59,829 nt of DNA from Patescibacteria group bacterium (GTDB lineage: Bacteria; Patescibacteriota; Minisyncoccia; Phycocordibacterales; UBA918), in the NCBI GenBank assembly GCA_040386275.1, contig JAZKFU010000003.1:112554-172382 (forward strand), given 5' to 3'. This document shows, piece after piece, positions 29,040 through 39,264 of the stretch; the stretch's first letter is position 1; every line of letters starts with the position of its first letter. The position numbers were made by a program, and so were the translations under genes. Under the pieces are notes generated by a model. The model did no database searches. It saw only the letters and a program-made list of their open reading frames with translations, and was not told the origin of the DNA.

Positions 29040-31526
29040 TTAGCTTTGGGCTTCTACGAAGACGATGGATGCGATGCTATCCCCTGCCCGCATCTTCATC
29101 ACCCTCACCCCTTGGGTCTGACGACCCAATGTTGGCACGTCTTTAAGTGGCAGTTTAATTACCTGACCTTTCTTACTCATAATCACGAGCTCGCCTTCAA
29201 TCCGCTGTTCGCCTCCGACCACCGTTCCGCCGACAATCGTACCGGTCTTATCGGTTACTTTAGCGGTTTTAATACCTGATCCACCACGCTTTTGGACTTT
29301 GTATTCTTTAATTGGCGTAGTTTTACCGTAGCCATGTTCAGTTACAATCAAAATTTCCATGTCCTTGGCGCCTTTTTTGATGACGTCAGCCGAGACGATA
29401 AAGTCTCCTTTACCAAGTTTCATCGCGGCTACACCAGTCGCTATACGTCCCATTTCGCGCACATCACTTTCTTTGAAGCGGATGGCTTGACCCTTATAGG
29501 TCACGAGTGACAATTCGTCTCCTTTGCCAACAAAGCGAGCTGAGATTAATGAGTCGTCATCACGTAAGGTAATGGCAATCAAACCACTGCGACGGACATC
29601 CTTGAAGGCAATTGCGTCTGATTTTTTGGCCACTCCGTTTTTAGTTACCATCATCAAACTCCATTCTCCTTGCCACTCTTCTTTTCGAACAGCAAGCACT
29701 GATGTCACACGCTCTTCCGCGCTCATTGAGAGGAAGTTCATGATTGATTTTCCTTTAGTCGCCCGGCGACCTTCAGGAATTTCATACATCTTACTTTGGT
29801 ACACCTTACCTTTATCAGTAAAGAAGAGGAGGTCTGAGTGAGCCGAAGTAGTAATCAAACTAGTAACCACGTCTTCTTCTTTGGTATTGAGGTCAATCAC
29901 GCCGACGCCACCCCGCTTTTGGACGCGGTATTCGTCAGGATTAGTCCGTTTTACATACCCGCCAGCGGTCAGCACTAACACACTTTCGTCATCGGGAATG
30001 AGGTCTTCTTGACTCATCATTTTTACCCCACCTTTGACAATTTTTGTACGTCTGTCATCACCATATTTTTCGGCAATTTCGAGCAATTCACTTTTAACGA
30101 GCCCAAGCATTTTTGCCTTACTCTTTAAGATTGCTTCCAAGGCTTTGATTAATTTTTGCACTTCAGCCAACTCTTCTTCAATTTTCTTGCGTTCAAGTCC
30201 TGCAAGTTTTTGCAGACGCATATCAAGAATTGCTTGGGCTTGAATGGCGGAGAATTTAAACTCCTTCATCAACGCCGCGTGTGCGGTCGGCACATCCTTA
30301 CTCGCGCGGATTAATTTAATAATCGCATCAATGTGATCAAGCGCTTTTTTGAGACCAAGCAAGATGTGTTCACGATCTTGTGCTTTAGTTAAATCGTACT
30401 GGGTTCGACGACGGACCACTTCAGCCCGGTGTTTTACGTATTCTTCGAGAATTAATTTAAGTGATACCGTTTGCGGAATCCCATCAACCAAAGCCACCAT
30501 GTTGTAGTGGAAGGTGTCTTCCAGTTGGGTGTGTTTGTATAACTTATTTAAAACTGTTTGTGGTTGGGCGCCTGATTTTAGTTCGATAACCACCCGGATG
30601 TCATTGGTGGACTCATCACGCATTTCACGAATTCCTTCGATTTTCTTTTCGCGCACTAAATCAGCAATCTTTTCCTGCATGTCCGCCTTGTTTACCCGGA
30701 ACGGAATCGAGGTAATAATAATCGCAAAGGCGCCTTTTTTATCTTCCACAATCTCCGCTTCACCACGCACCACGACACCACCACGCCCGTGTGTATAGGC
30801 GTGTTGAATGTCCTTTTGGTTAAACGCTACCGCTCCCAAAGGAAAATCGGGACCTTTTACAAATTTAAGCAGATCATCCGTCGTGGCGTCAGGATTATCA
30901 ATTAGATATTCAACGGCCAGTGAAATCTCACGCAAGTTGTGTGGTGGAATATTGGTCGCCATTCCCACCGCAATACCGAGTGTTCCCATGAGTAACAGGT
31001 TTGGTACAGCCGCCGGTAAGACAATTGGTTCTTGTTTCGTGCCGTCAAAGTTTGGTCGCCAATCAACGGTATCTTTTTCTAGATCACGCAACATTTCTTC
31101 CGCCAGGCGAGACATTTTTGCTTCGGTATAACGATAGGCAGCGGCTGAGTCACCGTCAATAGAACCAAAGTTTCCTTGTCCTAATACTAGTGGGTAGCGG
31201 GTAGCAAACGGTTGCACCAACTTTACCATCGATTCATACACTGCAGCGTCTCCGTGTGGGTGAAAGTTACCGAGCACGTCTCCTACGACCGTCGCTGATT
31301 TTTTGAACTTGCCACTGGCATTAAGCCCATTTAACCGCATCGAGTATAAAATACGGCGGTGCACAGGCTTGAGACCATCACGAATATCCGGGAGGGCCCG
31401 GGAGGTGATTACCGACATCGCATAGTCGAGATAGGAAGTCTCCATCTCACCAGTGATACTTTGTGCCACAATACCGCGTTCAGGCATCGGGGCAGCGGCT
31501 TCGGGAGCAATTGTCTTCTTCGGCAT
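29040..31526 (-). CDS. gyrA: DNA gyrase subunit A
   Basis: [21 protein letters not shown] catalytic Tyr, GyrA-box QKRGGVG. Confidence 0.97.
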   Translation of the reverse strand: MPKKTIAPEAAAPMPERGIVAQSITGEMETSYLDYAMSVITSRALPDIRDGLKPVHRRILYSMRLNGLNASGKFKKSATVVGDVLGNFHPHGDAAVYESMVKLVQPFATRYPLVLGQGNFGSIDGDSAAAYRYTEAKMSRLAEEMLRDLEKDTVDWRPNFDGTKQEPIVLPAAVPNLLLMGTLGIAVGMATNIPPHNLREISLAVEYLIDNPDATTDDLLKFVKGPDFPLGAVAFNQKDIQHAYTHGRGGVVVRGEAEIVEDKKGAFAIIITSIPFRVNKADMQEKIADLVREKKIEGIREMRDESTNDIRVVIELKSGAQPQTVLNKLYKHTQLEDTFHYNMVALVDGIPQTVSLKLILEEYVKHRAEVVRRRTQYDLTKAQDREHILLGLKKALDHIDAIIKLIRASKDVPTAHAALMKEFKFSAIQAQAILDMRLQKLAGLERKKIEEELAEVQKLIKALEAILKSKAKMLGLVKSELLEIAEKYGDDRRTKIVKGGVKMMSQEDLIPDDESVLVLTAGGYVKRTNPDEYRVQKRGGVGVIDLNTKEEDVVTSLITTSAHSDLLFFTDKGKVYQSKMYEIPEGRRATKGKSIMNFLSMSAEERVTSVLAVRKEEWQGEWSLMMVTKNGVAKKSDAIAFKDVRRSGLIAITLRDDDSLISARFVGKGDELSLVTYKGQAIRFKESDVREMGRIATGVAAMKLGKGDFIVSADVIKKGAKDMEILIVTEHGYGKTTPIKEYKVQKRGGSGIKTAKVTDKTGTIVGGTVVGGEQRIEGELVIMSKKGQVIKLPLKDVPTLGRQTQGVRVMKMRAGDSIASIVFVEAQS

Positions 31527-31583
31527 AACAGAAATTACAAACTATTGATAAGAATTCGTGGCGCTAGTATACCACGAAAAAAA

Positions 31584-32069
31584 CTAGCGGGCAGTCCCCG
31601 ACGCGGTAGCGGCTGAGGTTGTTCCAATCAAAATGGGTTTTGGTTGCGTGGCTGACGTGCCAGTAGCCTGCATACCTCCATATTGAAATTCAGTACTCGA
31701 GGCCGTGACTTCATTGTCTTTAATTTGTTCCATATTTTCAGGTGTAATTTGCATCTCAAGCGCCGCCTCGGTACTAGAAGCAACTGAGAGAGGGCCGGTG
31801 GTAGAAGCAGTTTTGAGTTCTTCTACCCCTTGTTTAACCGAGGTAAATTGTTGCTTGAGTTGGGTAAAAAAGTTACTAAAGGGCGCGGTATTAGAGGAAG
31901 TAGCTGCTCCAGCCACTTGGGTTTCGCTCGCAAACCTTGCTGGCAAGGAGAGCGACCACACGCCGCCAATAGCGACCGTACAAAACACAGCAATCCCGAG
32001 CGCATACTGTTCACGCACGTGTTTTGGTTTACTACGTATTTGATCTAAGAATTTAAATAACATAAGCAT
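31584..32069 (-). CDS. hypothetical single-TM protein
   Basis: LDQIRSKPKHVREQYALG + TM helix + Ser/Thr-rich tail. Confidence 0.7.
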   Translation of the reverse strand: MLMLFKFLDQIRSKPKHVREQYALGIAVFCTVAIGGVWSLSLPARFASETQVAGAATSSNTAPFSNFFTQLKQQFTSVKQGVEELKTASTTGPLSVASSTEAALEMQITPENMEQIKDNEVTASSTEFQYGGMQATGTSATQPKPILIGTTSAATASGTAR

Positions 32070-32125
32070 CTTCCCTCGCTCTTTCCTTTATCCTATCCTC
32101 TATTCCATCTTCTCTATTCCATATC

Positions 32126-32746
32126 TTATACTACTGCCAACACCGCCACTTCCCCTTCCATTTCGTTAACATCCTTGCGTTTGAGGGTTATTTTATCTAC
32201 TGCCCCGACACTGGTTCCCATTTCTTTGAGAAATGCAGTCAAGGCTGTTTTATCGTAGTGCATCGGAATGACAAGCTTGGCTTCAAGCTTTAGGGCGAGT
32301 TTGGCTGCTTGCGGCACTTCGAGCACATCTCCACCCCCGACTGGGACAAATAATATATCAACATCCCCAAATTCGCCGAGAATTTTTGGGTCAATATCAG
32401 GAGAACTGATTGCTCCAAGGAACACCATGTTCATGTCTTCGAGCTTTACTTGATAGATAGTGTTGAATCGTTCAACTTTGTCGTAGGTAGTTTTTACCCC
32501 GTATCCGCGCGCCACCACATCGCCAATTTCATATTCACCCGGTCCGGCTACTACAAAAGGTTGCTTGCTACTATGCGCTACTTGGTCAGCCCCGTTAAAA
32601 TCGGGGTGATTCATAGAAATAAAGGCGACATCGGAACCAAATTTGGTAGAACTAAGCTTTGATTGTTTGCTAACGGGGTCAAAGGCCAGAGTGGTATTTC
32701 CAAAAGAAACTTTAAAACTCTGCCCGCCGTGATGTGTGATAACCAT
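32126..32746 (-). CDS. metallo-beta-lactamase fold hydrolase (Lactamase_B_3-like)
   Basis: ITHHGGQSF, AFDP, SMNHPDFN, GPGEYEI, DILFVPVGG, VIPMHY. Confidence 0.85.
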   Translation of the reverse strand: MVITHHGGQSFKVSFGNTTLAFDPVSKQSKLSSTKFGSDVAFISMNHPDFNGADQVAHSSKQPFVVAGPGEYEIGDVVARGYGVKTTYDKVERFNTIYQVKLEDMNMVFLGAISSPDIDPKILGEFGDVDILFVPVGGGDVLEVPQAAKLALKLEAKLVIPMHYDKTALTAFLKEMGTSVGAVDKITLKRKDVNEMEGEVAVLAVV

Positions 32747-33202
32747 AATGGCAGTAGTATAACTTGAATAGAGAATAATGAATAGAGAACATTAAAGAGA
32801 AAACTATACAACTTTTTTATATCATATAATGTATTACTAAATGGAAGGAGTGACCAACATGTTTGATCTTTTGTTCATCATCTTCAATACCAAACGGTGA
32901 CTTCGCGACCATCCCGCTATCGCCCACGAACTCGGTCTTGAACTCGACTAACCCATTTATGGATACTTACGTATCCCCCATTCTTAGGGAGTATCTTCCT
33001 AAGAACAACCAACCCATTGCCAGCATTTTCAAAATGCTGGCTTTTTTCTGGACAATGTACTGTTTTTATACTATTATTGCGCCACTTCGTAAGAAGATTA
33101 TTAGTTTCCTAGCGGCACACGTTAACCCTGCATTGATGCTTACGGCCACGAGATATGGCAATGCAGACGCGTGTCGTCGGAATAAACACATATATAAGTA
33201 AT

Positions 33203-34300
33203 ATGTCTGAAGTACAAACTGAAGGCGCCTCAACAATTATGTCAGCGTATGCTGCATCACTTCCTGAAGCGCCAAAAGAAGGATCATTAGTAGAAGGAAC
33301 AGTGTCCGCTATCGGACGCGCTCGGGTGTATGTTGATTTGCCACCATTTGGGACTGGTCTCATTTTTGGTCGTGAATATCTAAACGCTCGTGATATTTTG
33401 CGCAAAGTCAGTGTTGGCGACACGATTGCTGCCAAGGTGGTCGATGTAACTAACGAAGACGGATACATTGAATTATCTCTTAAAGAAGCTCGTCAAGCGC
33501 TCATTTGGGCTGATGCTGATGAAGCCGTTAAGAAAGGTACTGTGCTTAGTCTCGAAGTTAAGGAAGCTAACAAAGGTGGACTTATTATTGAATGGCAAGG
33601 TATCCAAGGATTCCTTCCAGCTTCACAACTCGGCGCTGACAATTACCCACGGGTTGATAATGGTGACAAAGACAAGATTCTTTCAGCCCTTAACTCACTC
33701 ATTGGTAAGCACTTAAGTGTAGTAATGATTACTGCGGACCAAAAAGAACACAAACTTATCTTCTCAGAAAAGGGACCACAAGAAAAAGAAGAGAAGGAAG
33801 TGAAGGTTGGTAAGTACGAAGTGGGAGAAATCCTTAACGGTGAAGTTACTGGTGCGGTGGACTTTGGTATCTTTGTTAAAATTGAACAAGGTCTCGAAGG
33901 ACTCGTGCACATTTCTGAACTTGATTGGGGTCTCGTGGATGACACGCGCGCTCTGTACAAAGTAGGCGACAAGGTAAAAGTGAAAGTTATTGAAGTGAAG
34001 GATGACAAGATTTCACTTTCTATCAAGCAACTCCGTGAAAACCCATGGACTGAAGCCGCTGCTAAATTCAAGAAAGATCAAGTGGTACCGGGAGTTGTTA
34101 TCAAATACAACAAACACGGAGCCCTTGCTTCAATCCAAGAAGGTGTAGCTGGACTCGTACACATTTCTGAATTCGAAACCGAAGAAAAGATGAAAGCCAC
34201 CCTTTCTCTTGGAAACGTCTACCAATTCAAGATTGCTCTGTTTGAACCAAGCGAACAACGTATGACCCTCTCATACAAAGACGCCCAAGCTGCTGCGTAA
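33203..34300 (+). CDS. rpsA: 30S ribosomal protein S1 (four S1 domains)
   Basis: Repeated S1 motifs (GEVTGAVDFGIFV, EGLVHISEL, ISLSIKQL). Confidence 0.9.
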   Translation: MSEVQTEGASTIMSAYAASLPEAPKEGSLVEGTVSAIGRARVYVDLPPFGTGLIFGREYLNARDILRKVSVGDTIAAKVVDVTNEDGYIELSLKEARQALIWADADEAVKKGTVLSLEVKEANKGGLIIEWQGIQGFLPASQLGADNYPRVDNGDKDKILSALNSLIGKHLSVVMITADQKEHKLIFSEKGPQEKEEKEVKVGKYEVGEILNGEVTGAVDFGIFVKIEQGLEGLVHISELDWGLVDDTRALYKVGDKVKVKVIEVKDDKISLSIKQLRENPWTEAAAKFKKDQVVPGVVIKYNKHGALASIQEGVAGLVHISEFETEEKMKATLSLGNVYQFKIALFEPSEQRMTLSYKDAQAAA

Positions 34301-34311
34301 GCAACTTAGAA

Positions 34312-34350
34312 TACAAAAAAACTGCAGGCATGGCCTGCAGTTTTTTTGTA
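34312..34350. terminator. intrinsic terminator after rpsA
   Basis: AAAAAAACTGCAGGC-AT-GGCCTGCAGTTTTTTT. Confidence 0.8.
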
Positions 34351-34417
34351 GTAATGCTATCTATGAAAATAAAGAGGAAATTGCTAAAATGGTAACAGTA
34401 CCCTAAAGGAGATACCG

Positions 34418-34651
34418 ATGCAGGTTCGAAAGAAAAAGAATCCCCCGTTATTTTTTTGGTTATTAGTGGCGGGACTTTCGTTCTTTGGGTTTGGCGCACT
34501 CTGTTTTATTATTGGTATGAACTATACCTACTATGGAACAGTACTCCCCCAAGAAACTATTTACCAAAAAATTGGAGTGATAATTGGATTCCTGAGCCCA
34601 ATCTACGTGATGTTTACCGCCATCCTAAAACTAATAGCCTACCGCCCCTAA
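34418..34651 (+). CDS. small two-TM hypothetical protein
   Basis: SD AAGGAG, two hydrophobic helices, downstream hairpin 34653-34682. Confidence 0.6.
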   Translation: MQVRKKKNPPLFFWLLVAGLSFFGFGALCFIIGMNYTYYGTVLPQETIYQKIGVIIGFLSPIYVMFTAILKLIAYRP

Positions 34652-34820
34652 CCCCACCGCCTCCCGAATCAGGGTGGCGGTATTTTTTGTCCTAAAATTT
34701 TAAATTTACTAGGCATGTCTAAAACTTATAAAAACGAGTGAAGTTTTATATGAAAACTGGTCAATACAGTAAGAACTTTCAAAAATAAATGAAATTTATA
34801 GATGATTTTAGAAGTTAGAT

Positions 34821-35060
34821 AAATGAGTACAGTTCTAGTCGCACAAATAAAATAAGATGAGCCGTACTTTTTGTACGGTGAATTTTATTTTATGCAGGGC
34901 ACCAACGAAATGTGCCATCTTTGGAAGTCCGACTAATTTTTAAAACGCTCAGAATCGAGTGCAGTGCTAGGAGCGCAAGGACATTTTCTGTAGACGTACG
35001 GCTGTACGGCGGAAGAAAATGTACCGCAGTAGCGACAACGCAATGTGCCGATTGTGTGCG
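34821..35060 (+). repeat. family-C palindromic repeats, copies 2 and 3 (tandem)
   Basis: GAGCCGTACTTTTTGTACGGTGA at 34859-34881; degenerate AGACGTACGGCTGTACGGCGG at 34992-35012 flanked by GCGCAAGGACATTTT/AAAATGTACCGCAG. Confidence 0.75.
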
Positions 35061-35062
35061 TT

Positions 35063-35656
35063 TTAGTTGAAGCGGTTCATGGCGGTGGTGTATCCATATT
35101 GTAGTACCACCGTCAACACCTCCTCCACTTGCTTCTGCACTTCTTCTAAATGTTTTTTCTCAAACGTAGAAATTTTCCCTAACACAAAGCGCTCGAGCGC
35201 TGGCCCAACAGGTCTTTTTATCACTTCTTGTTGCCACGGCCAAAATGTTTTTTTAGCAATCCCAATTCTGATGCGAATAAAATCTTTGGTGCTGGTTTTA
35301 TCAATGATGGATTTTATACCATTATGTCCCCCATCACCGCGCCCATGCGAGATACGTACTACTCCAAGCGGAAGATCAATATCATCATAGAGCACAATCA
35401 ATTTATTAAAATCTTCTGGAGGTACAAATTTTACAACGGCACTTCCCGAGTTATTCATAAACGTTTCGGGATACAACACGCTCACATCTACCCCTCCGAT
35501 TCTCCCGGAACTGACTCGCCCACTCACACCCCTGTCTAAAATAGCTGTCGGTACATGAAATTTTGTACAAATATAATCAAGCACAATCCACCCCATATTA
35601 TGGCGGGTGTTTGCATATTCAGCTCCGGGATTGCCCAATCCAACAAGGTAGTACAT
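35063..35656 (-). CDS. pth: peptidyl-tRNA hydrolase
   Basis: LVGLGNPG.EYANTRHNMG, PETFMNNSG, VLYDDIDL, GGHNGIKSI. Confidence 0.96.
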   Translation of the reverse strand: MYYLVGLGNPGAEYANTRHNMGWIVLDYICTKFHVPTAILDRGVSGRVSSGRIGGVDVSVLYPETFMNNSGSAVVKFVPPEDFNKLIVLYDDIDLPLGVVRISHGRGDGGHNGIKSIIDKTSTKDFIRIRIGIAKKTFWPWQQEVIKRPVGPALERFVLGKISTFEKKHLEEVQKQVEEVLTVVLQYGYTTAMNRFN

Positions 35657-35753
35657 ATGTATAATGATGGTAGTATACCAGCCTTTTCCAATCTATTGTA
35701 TATCGCACCCTTAGCATATATAGTAGCCCTAGAAACCGTAGAAAGGATACGCC

Positions 35754-36080
35754 GTGGATCGGTTAACCCAATTACTGTGGAATGAAACAAGTATCTGGCC
35801 CTGGAACTTACAAAATCAAGGACCAGACGTACACCGCATTGAAATTTCCAACAAAAAATTTCATCTCGAAGTCCGGGTATACTCTACCCGATTGGAAATT
35901 GAGCGCCTAATCATTCCCTCTCGCTACCGTGGCCGGAAATTGGGCACAGCGATAGTCACCGCACTTAAAAAATTTGCCGACGAGGAAAAACTCAACACGC
36001 AAGTTAATTACCCGTTGGCGCAATCAGTAAAATTTTGGGAAAAAATGCGCGTTGAAAAAAATATTCTTGTGTATAGATGA
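35754..36080 (+). CDS. small GNAT-like protein
   Basis: LIIPSRYRGRKLGTAIV resembles the acetyl-CoA binding motif (Q/RxxGxG). Confidence 0.55.
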   Translation: MDRLTQLLWNETSIWPWNLQNQGPDVHRIEISNKKFHLEVRVYSTRLEIERLIIPSRYRGRKLGTAIVTALKKFADEEKLNTQVNYPLAQSVKFWEKMRVEKNILVYR

Positions 36081-36183
36081 CCAAAAAAGCCATAGCTCGC
36101 GCACCGCGCGAGCTATTTTAAATTTAAAATTCGAAAATTTGCATCACACTTTTTTCTCGAGTATACTGTTGTTACTTTTGTCT

Positions 36184-36831
36184 ATGTCTCTGTTCTCTTC
36201 ACGTAAAAAAACTCATAGTGACGCGGTTATTATCCCCGCTACTGAAGTTACGTTAGCGCCAGAACCAAAAAAAGAAAATGCTCTCCTCGATATTGTTCGC
36301 TTCTCCCTGATTGCTCTGATTATTGTCATTCCAATTCGTACATTTATCGCGCAACCGTTTATCGTATCGGGCGCCTCCATGGAAAACACCTTTTACACGG
36401 GTGAATATTTAATTGTCGATCAACTTTCATACGAACTACACTCTCCAAAACGAGGCGAGGTGATTGTATTTCGATACCCTAAGGACCCTTCTAAATTTTT
36501 CATCAAACGCGTCATCGGTCTCCCCGGGGAAACGCTCAGTATTGAAGGCAGTACCGTCCGCATTAGTAATCCGCAATACCCCAACGGTTTTATTTTAGAT
36601 GAACCCTACATTAAAAGTATGGAAAACGGGACTGAATTGACCGAGGAATTAGGCGACCGGGAATACTTTGTCATGGGTGATAACCGTGACCAAAGTTCCG
36701 ATTCTCGCTACTGGGGCGTTCTCCAAGAAGAACGGATTGTCGGCAGAGCGTTTGTTCGTCTGTTTCCCCCGAGCCAGATGGATTATTTGCCCGGAGCCGT
36801 GACCACAGACACCATTACTAGTACACCGTAA
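36184..36831 (+). CDS. lepB: signal peptidase I
   Basis: IVSGASMENT, FIKRVIGLPGE, YFVMGDNRDQSSDSRYWG. Confidence 0.95.
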   Translation: MSLFSSRKKTHSDAVIIPATEVTLAPEPKKENALLDIVRFSLIALIIVIPIRTFIAQPFIVSGASMENTFYTGEYLIVDQLSYELHSPKRGEVIVFRYPKDPSKFFIKRVIGLPGETLSIEGSTVRISNPQYPNGFILDEPYIKSMENGTELTEELGDREYFVMGDNRDQSSDSRYWGVLQEERIVGRAFVRLFPPSQMDYLPGAVTTDTITSTP

Positions 36832-36842
36832 CCAATACACCT

Positions 36843-38015
36843 ATGCGCACCGAAACCAGCCCAACCGAGTTCCTCCGCATTGCAGCTCATACTGCGGAAC
36901 ATTTTGGATTTAAAACGGTCGAGAGTTTAAGTAAAGATCCGGTTTGCAAAAACTGCGCTACCTCACTGCCACATTCTATTTCGGATAGTGACCGTGACCT
37001 TGATGCGGTATCAGGACTTTTAACAAGTGGCCTGGCTCGGTACTGTGACGAACGACTACACGCGTTTCCTGGACCAGTACTTCTCTATTCAATTGAAACG
37101 CAACCTAACAGTAACGAAACCGCTGTTGCCTTTCATATTTTTAACGTGCAAAAAAGTATTGCCGAGGCGATTTTAATTCAAACCAGTCGGGCCTTGGCAA
37201 CTGAACTCGGATACAACGAACACACCGTGCGTATTAACTCACTAGGAGACACTGATTCAATTACCCGGTATGGCCGCGAACTCACCAACTTTTTACGCAA
37301 GCGTCTTGATCTCATGCCCGACAGCGCGCGAGAACTCATGAAGACTCACTCTCTCTTAGCATTGCAGGACTTAGTTACGCTCGACCACGATTTAGCGTAT
37401 AAAAGTCCAAACCCACTTGAATATTTAAGTGACCAAAGTCGCAAACATTTCCGCGATATTATTGAGTACCTCGACATGAGTGAAACTCCCTACGAAATTG
37501 ATTCAAAAATGCTCGGACACCATGAATATTACTCTGATGCACTGTTTGCCATTGATTTACCAAAGCTAGAAAGCGGATTAGATAATCCTCTCCACATTCG
37601 CGGCGGACGATTTGATGCCTTTGTAGAACGTAAAACCAAAAAGAAAACAGCGGCAACTGGTGCAGTAGCTATTTTGCGAGAACGACCAGCCCCCGCCCGT
37701 ACCCCACGCTTTAAACTCGACACTCCGGCTGTTTCCATTATTCAATTAGGTTTTGGTCCAAAAATCCGGAGTTTGATGATTGTGGACGAATTACGCAAAG
37801 CCGGTGTCTCGGTCTACCAAGACCTCGCTAACGACTCTCTATCCGCCCAATTACGCGATGCTGAGGCCCGTGGGGTGAAGCATGTAGTGATTATCGGCCA
37901 AAAGGAGTTTGTTGACGGCACCGTCATTTTGCGTGATATGGAAGCTCGCAAACAAGAACCGATACCACATGATATGTTAGTGCGCCGGCTGAAACGAGGC
38001 GTGGTAATGGCATAA
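36843..38015 (+). CDS. degenerate histidyl-tRNA synthetase paralog with class II anticodon-binding domain
   Basis: FGFKTVE, EYYSDALFAI, RGGRFD, C-term GVKHVVIIGQKE..DGTVILRDM; canonical motif-2 and motif-3 signatures not recognisable. Confidence 0.75.
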   Translation: MRTETSPTEFLRIAAHTAEHFGFKTVESLSKDPVCKNCATSLPHSISDSDRDLDAVSGLLTSGLARYCDERLHAFPGPVLLYSIETQPNSNETAVAFHIFNVQKSIAEAILIQTSRALATELGYNEHTVRINSLGDTDSITRYGRELTNFLRKRLDLMPDSARELMKTHSLLALQDLVTLDHDLAYKSPNPLEYLSDQSRKHFRDIIEYLDMSETPYEIDSKMLGHHEYYSDALFAIDLPKLESGLDNPLHIRGGRFDAFVERKTKKKTAATGAVAILRERPAPARTPRFKLDTPAVSIIQLGFGPKIRSLMIVDELRKAGVSVYQDLANDSLSAQLRDAEARGVKHVVIIGQKEFVDGTVILRDMEARKQEPIPHDMLVRRLKRGVVMA

Positions 38016-38022
38016 CACCAGT

Positions 38023-38060
38023 ATAAAAGGACCAGAAGCTAACGCTTCTGGTCCTTTTTA
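38023..38060. terminator. intrinsic terminator
   Basis: TAAAAGGACCAGAAGC-TAAC-GCTTCTGGTCCTTTTTA. Confidence 0.8.
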
Positions 38061-38118
38061 CATTTTAATCAGAATTTCTTGCACAATTAGGTGATAAATG
38101 TTATTGTTCTGCCCACAT

Positions 38119-38364
38119 ATGGCAATAAATGTAGAAGTTGTAAAAAACAATAACGAGAGCAGTGCGAACGTAATTCGCCGTTTTCAGAAGCGCGTACAAG
38201 GTGCAGGTATTATTCGTAAAGTTCGTGACGGTCGTTACCGAACACGTGTCAAAAGTGACAACGTTCAACGGTTTGCAAAACTCAAAAAGTTAACAAAAAA
38301 AGTTACGTACGAGAAAATGCTTAAACTTGGAAAAGTTCAAGAACGAACAACTGGACGACGATAA
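38119..38364 (+). CDS. rpsU: 30S ribosomal protein S21
   Basis: VEVVKNNNESSANVIRRFQKRVQGAGII..VRDGRYRTR.KS. Confidence 0.8.
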   Translation: MAINVEVVKNNNESSANVIRRFQKRVQGAGIIRKVRDGRYRTRVKSDNVQRFAKLKKLTKKVTYEKMLKLGKVQERTTGRR

Positions 38365-38496
38365 TCTCCAAAGAAATATACAAAAAGCGCCTTCGGGCGC
38401 ATTTTGTATTATTGAGTGACTAAGTAAAAAATTGACATTTTGAATAATCGTTATACAATGCTAAACAGTTAGAAAACCAAAACAACCGAGGTGCCC

Positions 38497-38730
38497 ATGC
38501 CTGTATCGGAAAAAAACAAAGCCGAGAAAGTGCCTACCTGCTATAACGATGGAAAGATAGAGGTGTTTACGAATTCCCAGGGAGAAGTCTTTGTAGTTGA
38601 CCTTGTAACAAAGACAACGCTGCGTATCAAGCAGCACGTCAGGGGCGGACTGGCATTTACTACCAAGGGACGAGTTGAACTCGAGCCGGTTGCTGACATC
38701 CTCAAAGGACGCATCACAAAACGCAGCTAA
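38497..38730 (+). CDS. small hypothetical protein
   Basis: TTGACA/TACAAT promoter (38432-38459), SD GAGG, downstream hairpin 38737-38768. Confidence 0.55.
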   Translation: MPVSEKNKAEKVPTCYNDGKIEVFTNSQGEVFVVDLVTKTTLRIKQHVRGGLAFTTKGRVELEPVADILKGRITKRS

Positions 38731-38853
38731 ACCAACTACCGCCTCCCCAACATATCGGGGTGGCGGTTAATTTTTTGCAACTACTACCCGCTCACAGGAG
38801 CGGGGTTATTTTGTACAACAAATTGTGTCATAATGACGTAACGCCTTATTTAT

Positions 38854-39249
38854 ATGCCTCCCTTCTCTATTGCTCAAAAAGTTAAATCTATTCCCGTTTT
38901 TCCGTATGAGACTATTAAAAATGACATTTTGGGTAAAAAGTACTCACTCTCTGTATCATTTGTGGGACCCACACGCGCTCAAAAATTAAATGAGCAATAT
39001 CGCAAAAAAACGTATACCCCGAATGTACTATCGTTTCCGTTAGATTCAGCCACTGGTGAAATCGTTATTTGCCCTGCTATCGCTCGCAAAGAACACAAAG
39101 AATATCAACTCACGCACAATGGATACATTGGATTTTTATTTATTCATGGACTCCTCCATCTTAAAGGGCACGATCATCATAACGACGAGGAAACTATTGC
39201 GATGGAAAAACTGGAAAAACGATACATGCAAAAGTATTCTATTGTATAA
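38854..39249 (+). CDS. ybeY: rRNA maturation endoribonuclease YbeY
   Basis: LNEQYRKK.YTPNVLSFP, GEIVIC, IHGLLHLKGHDH. Confidence 0.93.
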   Translation: MPPFSIAQKVKSIPVFPYETIKNDILGKKYSLSVSFVGPTRAQKLNEQYRKKTYTPNVLSFPLDSATGEIVICPAIARKEHKEYQLTHNGYIGFLFIHGLLHLKGHDHHNDEETIAMEKLEKRYMQKYSIV

Positions 39250-39264
39250 TCGTCATCACTAACT

